DNA of 64,000 bases. Origin: Aplysia californica (Eukaryota). Every line of letters begins with the position of its first letter. Positions within the stretch are counted from its first letter, which is position 1. The DNA lies in contig NW_004797435.1 in NCBI RefSeq assembly GCF_000002075.1, forward strand, positions 902,124 to 966,123, in the 5' to 3' direction. Made by a program: the position numbers and the translations under genes. Positions 35,536 through 46,700 of the stretch are shown here, piece after piece. The notes below the pieces were generated by a model, which was not told the origin of the DNA, ran no database searches, and saw only the letters and a list, made by a program, of their open reading frames with translations.

Positions 35536-36479
35536 CAGTAGTCTCCGCCTAAGATCCCGGTGCTCGGGAGCAAGGAAATGCGGGATCTTAGGCGAACCGG
35601 GATCTTAACCGACGAACCCAGGGAAGAATCTATGGTGACCCATGTTAAGGCTCACAATCGGTAAAATGGTCTCCCTTCCCTCTACAATGAACTGACGTGC
35701 CCCCTTGGTGGATTTATGGCATATGGAGAGCAAAGAGTGGTTAACCTTGATGACCTATCACGGTGCATAGTGGGATGAGGCGTGCCATTTTCACTTGTTA
35801 TCCTGTCATGAGTCTTAAGATCTACGCATATTCAGTTGCCACTCCCCTTTACCACATCTCTGACCGAGTCCTCCCCCCCCCCCCAAACAAAAAAAAACGC
35901 CTTTGTCGTTACACACCATTACGTTGTGAACACATCAATTAAAATTCAGTCTGTCTCGCAAATTCGGGAGTAGAGACAACTCCTGCAATGGTCAGGGAAG
36001 AGTTCACGGTTCGATGTGATCACGCCTGGAGCGAACGTGTAGCCCTACCCACCCAGCGAGTGATGCAAGTTTAGGGGGAGAGCTCAGGTGTGAGTGCGAT
36101 GCGTGGGGAAAACAAACGCGTCGGTCAGTTCACACCCCGGTGTGATCCCGTCTGGGGCAGACATTGTATCGCTTCATCGAGTTTTACAACGTGTGTGGGA
36201 TCACATTTACGATAGTGGCAGATCTTTGATGAAACGGACAGTTTATTGATCTCAACTTTTCACAATTGACAATTGAAATTGGTTGATCGGCTGTGCCCGC
36301 CCGGGTTTTTGTTTCGCAAATTACGATCTGAAATGCGGGATCTTAGCCGAATGTAGACCATCAGAGCGGGATCTTAGGGGGGACTTTTGTATAGTAAAAA
36401 TTCTGTTTTCTTAAAACAACGGGATCTTAATTAAGCGAACCGGGATCGTAAGCGGTGGGATCTTAGGCGGAGACTACTG
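35536..36479. mobile_element. Tc1/mariner(pogo)-like MITE with 23-bp perfect TIRs and TA TSD
   Basis: ta|CAGTAGTCTCCGCCTAAGATCCC ... GGGATCTTAGGCGGAGACTACTG|ta; reiterated subterminal cgggatctta motifs. Confidence 0.9.
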
Positions 36480-37129
36480 TAGATCTAAAATTCTAGATTC
36501 TAGATCTAGATTAGATATAGATTTCTATAGATCTAATCTAGAAAAAGTCGTTTTACACACTGGCAAATTGTGGAATTCTAAGACTCTGCACTTACAGTTA
36601 CAGTGAAACCTGGGCAGCAAAAGCGTGGAGCCAGCAGAGCCTTCAAAAAGAAACAAGTAATAATAAAGGCTTTCAGTAATAAGTCAAATATAACCCTTAT
36701 CAGTCCTCGGTTTGCATACACAGCCTTTCGTTTACATTTTTTGAATTTGTTAGCACGAAGGAAGCCAGGCACGAAACACAACAAAAGGGGAGCTTATTGA
36801 GATGTAGATATAGATTCTAGATCCAGTCAGAGAGTATTTCATTTCATAAATACATGTTATTAAGAGTCTCTGATCCAGTTTACATTGTTATTTTATTTTA
36901 AAACTTTTTTGGGAGGAGAGTTTGCTTACGGTAGTAAACATTTTAACCATCTCTAAAAATTTATCCGGCACGTTTGTACGTCCTACGTCCTACTGAGTGG
37001 GCATTAATTATCCTTGTTATCCTAAAATATTAAAATCTGTTTTGGGTAAATTATTTTCAAAGTCATCTCAGATACTGAGGTACATAAGTTTGATAGCTGC
37101 CGTTGATAAATGTAATAATGAGTGTGACA

Positions 37130-37165
37130 CACAGAATTCTACACTTCTAAGTGTAGAATTCTGTG
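37130..37165. mobile_element. 36-bp palindromic insertion with 8-bp direct flanking repeat
   Basis: gtgtgaca|cacagaattctacactt-ct-aagtgtagaattctgtg|gtgtgaca. Confidence 0.75.
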
Positions 37166-37201
37166 GTGTGACATGACGACTTTCTATTGCTTAGTGCGTC
37201 T

Positions 37202-37301
37202 TCACGTCATACCGCTACACCGGAAAAGTCCTGTTTTGAGCTTACGTGCTAAAAATAACGTAGGAAATCACCAACACGGATTTTCTTCTATTCGCCACGT
37301 A
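37202..37301. promoter_or_regulatory. ERO1 upstream region with clustered ACGT-core sites (UPRE-like, HRE-like)
   Basis: TGACGTGA (- strand, 37202-37209), TACGTGCT (37243-37250), GCCACGTA (37294-37301), about 385-485 bp upstream of the ATG. Confidence 0.4.
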
Positions 37302-37684
37302 CTCTTTCATTGCATTGTATTCATGCGTAAATGCAAATAAATAATTTTCAATCTTTAAAGGTCTAAAAACAGAGGAGGAAACTAAACTTATACCTGAAAG
37401 TTTTTTTCTTCTCATAATTGAATCGGCTCTCCCTGAACATGAGGCCAAAATACTCTGTAAAGATCCCGAGCTGTGGAGTATTTCTTTTGGTCTCACATAT
37501 TTCCGGTAACCTCTGTAGGTGTTGTTAGGTGATATAAACAAAAGCAAGCATGCTGAAATGCATGTGTCACTTAGTGGACTTCTGAGCATTGAACAGCCTG
37601 TGCTGGAAAGTTGTGTGTCTGAAGTTTGTCTATCAATCAAAGGCGTCTGATAGCTTTAACAAAAAATATTCGTTTCCAAGCAAA

Positions 37685-37780
37685 ATGAATCGTTTTGCAC
37701 TTGGATTATTACTTTTTTCGCTTGCGTCCATTGCTTCCGCAAAATGGAATGGCGATGTTGCAGACCGGTGTTTTTGTAAG
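37685..37780 (+). CDS. ERO1: ERO1 exon 1 (signal peptide)
   Basis: [32 protein letters not shown]|gtgaga. Confidence 0.9.
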
Positions 37781-40700
37781 GTGAGATTAGGTTTGTTGTT
37801 TGTCAACGCCCCTTTCCGTGGAAAGGATTAGATCAAGGTGACATGTACCCCTCTGTATTAAATACACTAAGTTGTGCCAAAGTCGATCAGCCTCCTTTCT
37901 TCTCCTGCGGTGTGTCCGTGACCCTGAAATCCTCAACTCATCTTACTTTAACTTAGATATTCTAAGAAGAGTAAGACAGGCCAGTAAGACTTACAAGAAG
38001 CTGAATCTGTGGTGCTACAAAAAAAACTAGATCTAGGCTATAAACTTAGATCTAGATCTAAATCTAGATTCTAGATCTAGAATCTAGACTAGATCTAGAT
38101 TCTAGGGAGCTTTTTCGGTAGTTCCCACCCCCCTTATTTGAGCTTAGATCTAGACTACATCGAGACCGATAGGTTTGATCCGCGGCGAGCTAAGACATCA
38201 AATTATGGTAAAATTCAGGGGGGCATGCCCCCCTGAAACCCCCCACCTTATTATTATCGCAGTGGCTATTTTTACTAAAAAGTAAGCCTCCCAGGCTATT
38301 TTTACGGCGTGCCGTAAAGACTAAAGATTGCCTCCCAGTGAGTCCCAGGCTATTTTTGCGGCAATCCTGGAAAAGCGACCCTACTCCGCCTCTCATGTAC
38401 GCGACATGCCTCAATGTATTAGATTTAGGCCTATAGGAGGGGCCGTTCAAAATATAAACTTACACCTCGGAGGGGAAAGGGTGTCTTTGGCTTCTGTAAG
38501 AAAAGTGTAAGATTGGTGGGTGGGGAGGTTAACCAAATATGACATTTCTGTGAGATGAACGTTTTGCTCATGACTGAGAAGAAAAGGTAAAAGAAAAAGT
38601 GGATAAATGCCAATAACAAGACCCAGATCTGCATGATCACTGCAGATCCCCATTGTTGGGTTGTTGTTTTTTTTAATTATGATGAAAATTCTGTAGGTGG
38701 ATATATAATTTTTTAATGTTTCTTTGTAACTTTGCAACTGTTTTGTTGATCTTTTAATGTCTTGATGTCTTTTACTTGTAGGCACGTACCTATTGCATTG
38801 ACAAGAGTCTCAATGTCTTCCACAGCTTTTTTAGCGTTTCTTTTTAGTCCATATGGTTTGATTAAATTGTATTAACTGAAATGATATATTTTTTAACAAG
38901 CAAGTTAAAAAAAGCCGCGTATAGTACAGGTATCTTTAAAATAATAATGGAAGTTGAAGATCGGAAAAAGTACTAATATTAAATTGGTGTAGGTGGGGGT
39001 AGGAGGCAAATGTGAGAAAAGTGGTATTGGGTTTTGTGTTTTAAAAAAGTCCCCAAAAGTGTAAGATTATATTTGAACAGCCCCATAGGTTTTCCATTTC
39101 CTCCTCTTCACCGTCATTCTATTCTCTTCGTCATCTTCCTTCTCTCTTCCTCCACCACCACCTCTTTCTTTTTCTCCCCACCATCATCATTCACCCTCTC
39201 TTTATCATCACCGCCACCCTCCTCGTCACTATCATTACCATCATCACTGCCACTGCCAGCATCATCATCTCATTCACTGACATCACTACATGTACCACAC
39301 CCACAAGAAGAGCGGCCATTTTAGAGTACACTTTTCGCCTTGGGAATGCCTTTAAAATGTTCCTCCTTCCTTATAATTTGCACTGAGCAGATTTTTGATA
39401 GAGGTGTAAAAAAAATGTTTTGTGCGTTCACAATGATTAATTTATTAATTATTGTGATGCAATTTCAGGGTACAGGAACACATATATTTTTTTACACCTT
39501 CAAATATCAAAATTTTGCTCAGTACGATTGACCATAGTATCTGTATCTACCATTCCACCAATTTTCATGCAATTTTGTTAGAGAGTAAGAAGCCTTCGGT
39601 TTTTTAAAATTATTGTTTGTTTTGCATGTTGGTGCTGTTTCCATTCCATGGCAACTTTCATATTTTCCGACTTATCAAAATTTACTTTCTTCATTATTTC
39701 TTGATATGCCCGTATAATTTTTTTTCCTAAATATGAATCGGAAAAAGAATCACCCTTGGGGTGAGCTGTTCCCCGTAAAAATGGACAGTAATAATATGAG
39801 CACATCAGAAAACAATACACAAAAACTTAAAAAATGCGATCTATTTTATTATTTGAAAGAATCCCACAACAACAAGGTCCTAGTAAAGAACATAAAAACA
39901 TTGAATTGTTTAAGTCCAGAATAAAGACTATAATTATGATAATACTAATAATAGAGGACATTTAATTATAGTGCCTTACTCTCGGTTTTAACCAGCTCAA
40001 AGTATGTTACATTAGTTTAGTCATTTAGTAAAATGTAGTATAAAATAACAAATAAGGTAGTAGCCTACAAGGCCTACAAGCCAAGACGGAATTTATAAGA
40101 CTGAAAAACGTGTTCTACGTCATCAGTTTGTGACTGCCGTAAAAAGAACATTTCAGTTAATACAATTTAATCAAACCATATGAACTAGACAGAACGCATA
40201 TATATGTGGAAGACATTGAGACTCTTGTCAATGCAATAGGTATGTGCCTCACAAATAAAAGACATCAAGACACTAAAAGATCAACAAAACAGTTGCAAAG
40301 TTACAAAGAAACATTAAGAAATTAGATGTCCACCTACAGAATTTTCATCATAATTTCAAAATTATTTGTAACCCCCCCCCCCCCCCCCCCCTCTAAAAAA
40401 AACCAAAAAAAAACAACAACAACAACGGGGATCTGCAGTGATCATGCAGATCTGGGTCTTGTTATCCACTTTTTCTTTTACCTTTTCTTCCCAGTCATGA
40501 GCAAAACGTTCATCTCACAAAAGTGTCATATCTGGTTAACCTCCCCACCCAATCTTACACTTTTCTTACAGAAGCCAAAGACACCCTTTCCCCTCTGAGG
40601 TGTAAGTTTATATTTTGAACAACCCCTATAGGCCTAGATCTAATACATAGAGGCATGTCGCGTACATGAGAGGCGGAGTAGGGTCGCTTTTCGAGGATCG

Positions 40701-43700
40701 CCATAAAAATAGCCTGGGACTCACTGGGAGGCTATCTTTACGGCACGCCGTAAAAATAGCCTGGGAGGCTATCTTTACGGCTCGCCGTAAAAATAGCCAC
40801 TGCGATTATTATTAGGGCAGGGGTGCTGCCCCCCTGAAACCCCCCTACTCTTGGGGCCAAAACCCGCGAAAAAATCAATTGCGGGGTGGGAACTACCGAA
40901 AAAGCGCCAATTCTAGACCTGTTTCTTCTTCCACATCTATAGGCCTGGCACTGGTGGGGCTCACCTTGGGGGTGGGGGTTGTGACTCTTAGATCTTCATC
41001 TCATGGAGCTGTTAATTTTTATAGGAATCGATTTTTATTTATTATGGCAATTTTATATATATATATATTATAACCTACCTGGAACATTCTCTGCGTGACA
41101 GACTGAAGACACTCGATGCTACTTAGGGATAGGCTACTTACTGATCTCTCCCTATACCATCAGGTACGTAAGGCGGAGAGCAGTCCATGCCACGCTTGTC
41201 TATCCCTGGCCACGTCCTCCAATTTCGTCAAATTCAGGCCCTGGGTGATTTCCTCATCCCTTATTGTGCCTCTATAGCCTATAGAGCTTCCAGTTTTGGT
41301 CTTCCTCGTTTTCTTTTTTCCAGTTGGTTTCCCATACTATGTCTAATAGGATAGGGCAATCTTGTCTTCTGCATTTTTAAAACATGTTCTAGTCTATATC
41401 TCCATCTTCTCCTTAAATTGTTATGGTTGTGTTGATATCTTCAATTCCTGCTCTTCCAACACTTCATATATTCATTATTTGTAATAAATTCATTTACCTT
41501 TAGTAAAATTCTTCATAAACATTTTGTTTGGAATCTTTTTTAATGGACTGTTTTCAAATAGTACTCTATATATTGCCCTTGTGACTGTGATAGGACCAGC
41601 TAACCTAGTGGAGTAGGCCCACTACATGAGAAGCAAAAATCACATTTGCTTTTATCATGCAAGTTGTTTTTTAGGAGCATTTTTAGTCATAATTCTGACT
41701 TTCTTTGATCTAGCATGTTGATAATTTAACTATTGAACCTAAAAATTGAACTGTCAGCTAACAAAAAAAGAACAATTGTTATTTTATTGGTTAGCCAGTC
41801 TTATCACAAGTGCAATAATGTTCAGGCTGGAGTATGTAGTCCCTGACTCTGAGTTAGAATTGATTTTGAATTTTGTCTTGATGGTGGCCCAAAGAGCCTT
41901 CTGTCCGTTCAATAAAAATTTCAGAACTGCCAAGTATTCTTTGTGTGTGAAACTTCTACACAGGATCTCCAAAATGTTAGTCCATATCTGAGAAGTCCAG
42001 GTGCTTAACTTTATTTCGTGCAAGCCGCTCCCATTGGCTCGCGGTCGGAACTGGTGAGCCGCTGACAGCGGCCCTGGCGCTTTCCTTTAGAGCGACTTCG
42101 ACATCAAATTACTTTTCGGCGATCTCTTTTATTGGGATTTCATTCATTAGATGAACTATCAAACTAGGTTCACTTGTTTTAATTTTTTAATGACCAATTT
42201 TGTGAATTTTTCGTTATTTCAAGATTTAGATCTAGCACCAAAAAAGAGCCCAGGCATAGTGGGTTTACCCTCCTCAGAGATAGAGTTAATCTTACATACC
42301 TGAGGATCAAAGGATGTGGAAAACATGTGACAAAACCTGACATGGTGGGAATAAAACTCCGGTCCTCCTGTATAGATGAACACAATAACACCAGTTGAGT
42401 TACAGTGCCCCCTGGACCTGTTTCATTTAGTTGTACAATTTGAGAAATTTGACATATAAATAAATTGTTCAACTGCAAGGATCACTATTCTTTGCATGGG
42501 ACTTACTCTATAAAGAATTGTATATTAATTGTGATTTTTAAATTAAATGTTAATGAAAAATTATTTTAAAAGCCTTTCGAGTACAGTAGTCATTGTTTAA
42601 ACACAATTAAGGGGGCTCTCGTGGCCTAGAAGTTAAGGTGTTGGCCTCTTTTTCAAAGGTCCCGGGTTCGAATCCGGGTAGCGACCGAAAAATTTTCTTC
42701 TCTAAAATTGTCTCTTTTCACCTCCTTTCCTGCTCTCCAGCAATGCTCTGTCGTCTGCTTTCTGCCCCCTCCCCCTCATCTCCTTTGCCTCCTCTTCTGG
42801 GCTCCTGACTCTTTCTGCAGCCTCCTTACTGTTGTCTTTCTGCCACACCCCTGATCTTCTGGTAGGAAAGATCTACCCCTAGCCTTCTCGGACAAGGACG
42901 ACAAATCTCGGAGGGCCCGTGTGCAAGTTGCGCTCGTTTAAGATCCCTTGGTGGTCTAAAATCTATAAGAGTAGGCTTCGGCCGCCACCCGGGCAAAATT
43001 CAAAATTTCCTACCAACTGAAAATATTAGGTGTGTCCCGCGCGCTCATATAACCTTATGCAGTTGTGTGCGCCGTAAAACTCTTACCAAAAAAAAACACA
43101 AGCTATTTTATACAAAATTCCTGTTTTCAGTAAATGATTTCAAATCCTGGTTTTCCCCCTCTTTATTTTGTGCATTGCATCTTTCCTTAGCATTATGTAA
43201 TTTTAAAAAATGCCAGCTGATCTGGTTAACAATGAAGATGGCTAGACGAACTTTAGTTTGATCATAGTTTCTTGTCTTTACTCTTTCAGTAGGTCTACAC
43301 ATCAGATTCCACAATTTTATGCACCCAGGGGTAAAAGATGTTACTTTAAAACAGGTTTTTTCATTCAGTCAAATATTGATGGATTTATTTGTGTGAGCAC
43401 TCAAACTATTTGTTTGGACAAATGATCACAATCTGGGTGAAAATAGGTAGCATAATAATCAAAGGTAGCACAAGAGGATCAGGTGTATATCTTGGGGTGG
43501 ACTAAATCTGTACCCCAAAAATGCCACTTAAGTGGCGTGCCGGTGAAACACGGATCCAAAAATACTGCTTAAATGGTAAGCTGAATTCGAAGTAACAAAT
43601 TAATCTTTATATATATATTATATATAAAAGTGGACTTCTGAGGCTTTTTGTGCTCAAACTCCTCCCTTATTACCCAACCCACACCTTTGAAACTTTGCAG

Positions 43701-46700
43701 GTGTCCACAGCATCCATGTGGCTAGGACCTAACTTTAAAAAATCCATGCAAACTGCTTTCCCTGATTTTTCCAAAACGCTTTGTTTGGTCCACACAGAGT
43801 TCGAATCTTGGGAAAGTCCGTCTTCTAAGACGCCATTGTATCATTGTAAACAAGTGAGGTTTCCGTTCACTAGCCGTGCGCACTGTTTCCACACCTTTGA
43901 AATTCTGGAGTGTACAACTACGAAAACGGAATAGAAAGTCAATCTACACATCTATTATATATTTGGCGACTTGGAAACACGTGTGTCACTTTTCTCTCAA
44001 AATTTATTGCTCCATTCCAGTAGAGTGTAAATATAGTTGGCCCATGACTTTCAGTTTCATGTTAATACACCGATCATTCCTTTCATCAAAAGGGGGCCCA
44101 GCTAGTTCAAAGATATGATTCATTTAGTATGCAGCTGCTGATCACTCTTTTTCTTGTTTTACTGATATTTTGTGTCAGAATAACATTTTTTATTGTATTA
44201 AAATTTTGTGTTATCATTAAAATGATTTGAAATATCTTTTTGCAGTTGAGCGGAGAAGTGGATGACTGTTCTTGCAAAGTGGAAACTTTGGACTCCCTGA
44301 ACAATAATCAGATCTACCCGCGCTTGAAAAGTTTACTAGCCCGCAATTATTTTAGATACTTCAAGGTAAAGACAATGTAGAACAGTTTGCTTTTCTTTTT
44401 CTTTTGTTTAAACTTTTGGCTTTTCCTATAAAATTATTTTTGCCTTTTAAGCTATTTTCTCTATAATGATATTATATGAGTGCTATTTTTTCATATGAAT
44501 ATTTTACTTTCAATTTAATATTTGCTTTGCAAGTTGACACAGTTGCAGTACTTTTATAGCATTAGATCAGTTATAGATGACCTCATATGTCACTGACCTT
44601 CAATGATTTGCCTATATTTGGAATTTATGGCCACAGGGCTAACTTTAGCTGTTAAAGTGTTCTGTTAAGTCTTTGTGGGTTTTTTCGTTATTGTCAATTT
44701 GAAGCTTGATAATGTTTGTTAGTAGTATGTACAGTGATGTATAGATTGTGTGTACTCGTGCTGAGTATATTAGGTGGGGGGGGGGGGGTTTTAATGTAAA
44801 TGTGTTAAGTGTTTTCTATCATCTTTGCTTGTAATACTTTGTACTGTTGCTCATAATGTTGCGTTTTTTCTATAAGAAGTAAAAGTGCTCTTCTAATTCC
44901 ATACTAATTGTGGTAATATTTTCACAGGTTAATTTAAAGAAGCAGTGTCCCTTCTGGTCTGATGATAGCAGATGTGCTCTGAAAGACTGTCATGTGGATA
45001 TCTGTCAAAAAGTAAGGAACACTACTGGTTTAGCGTGAAAAGATGTTGTGGCTTCTTCTTCATAACTGTAGCCTTTTTTCTGATTGTGTTGTGAGGAAAT
45101 GGTAAAGGGATCATTGTCTGGCATAGTTTCTCTTTCCCATCTACAGCAAGATTTTGACAATTGCTGCTTCCCGCTTCCAAATGACTAAAGGTCTCCAGTT
45201 CTGGTGATTGTTTCTCTTTGCATAGCTTCAAAAAGCTGTTATTGATTTACCTGTCTATTCTTTAATGTTTTACTTATAAATAGGAACTTATTTCAAATGT
45301 CACATGCATTGTTGTCTCTTTACAACCTACCCCCCCCCCCCCCCCCCAGTGCAGTGCTACTGACTGAAGTGTCTTTATAGGCTATTCCCAAAAGGGGGGA
45401 TATTTCCATGTTCCTATTCACTGTAGAATTGTAAATGGGCTGATTGATCAATGTCATGCTCATACTAATACTGTGCCTGAACAACATATGGCGAACTGCT
45501 GCTTTTTCTTTCCTCATCCTTACTATCGTCATTTTCCTCTACTTCTTTTGTATGTTTGTCACTCTCTTGTGAACTGCTTTCGGCGGTGCCTTGATAGTTG
45601 AAGCAGACTTTGTGCTGTTGAGGCTAAAGAGGTTGAACAGAGTACGCCTGATTCCCCTTTTAGACTTCTCTGTTGACATTCACCCCTTGACGCTCATATG
45701 ACCTTATGCAGCTGCAAGCGCCGTAAATCCTTACTAAAACCCCAAAAAAATGAAACCAACAACCATACTAGCTTCTTCAGACAAGAGGGAAATGTCAATT
45801 TTATCTAACTGACCTGAGGAAACCCTTTAAGATTTCGAATTGATAATTATCAATTATCTACTTTCAAGATATCCAACAAAGGCAGTAACTGTTTCTAGAG
45901 AAAAATTTTTACCTTTCTGTCTTTCAATTTTGCCATTGTAAAACAACAAAAGCAGGTCGTTGTTTATAAAGAAATAAAATTAAAAGTCATTTATGTTTGT
46001 GTTTATATTCACTTAGGATGAGGTTCCAATCAAGACAGAGAAACAACCAGACAATGAGAGCAACAACCAGCATGAGAAGAATAAGGTAAGTAGGTCATAG
46101 TCACTTTGGACACATCTATCAGAGTTGTCTTTGAAGCCTATATATTTCTGATATAGATCATCATTACTGATTCTGCGGCTAGAGGATTTATACCCTTTTG
46201 TTCCCAGATTTTTAAGCTTTGCTGAATATTTGGGAAAACAGGAATGAGTCTATGCAATAACTATTTTATATTTGTTGATTGCCTTCTATTAAATAAGTGG
46301 GGAATTTCCAAGGGAGAAGAAAGATGGGGAATTTTATTATTGTCCTTAAGAGAATGTGAACATTTAATGATCTGAACAATATCTGAAATGTCTTTTAGTT
46401 TGAGGCTGTCTTAAGTAGATTCTTTCTCTGTACAGTCCCACTGATATATCTATGTGCTTTCTTTTTCTTCCCCCAACATTAAATGCTGATTGTCATGTTA
46501 ACTCTTATCAGCCAGTATTAATTTAATTAAATCTGTACTTTCATTAAGAATTTGCATAAGTTTTTTCATCACTGACAGTTTGGGATTTAGATCTGTCTCG
46601 TTCAGCATGCCAAAAAGTGGACCATATGCAACATAGGGGAAGAGGGTACTATCAGGATAGTGAGATTGGATACAGAAAAAGCAGATGTGTAGAAGGATTT

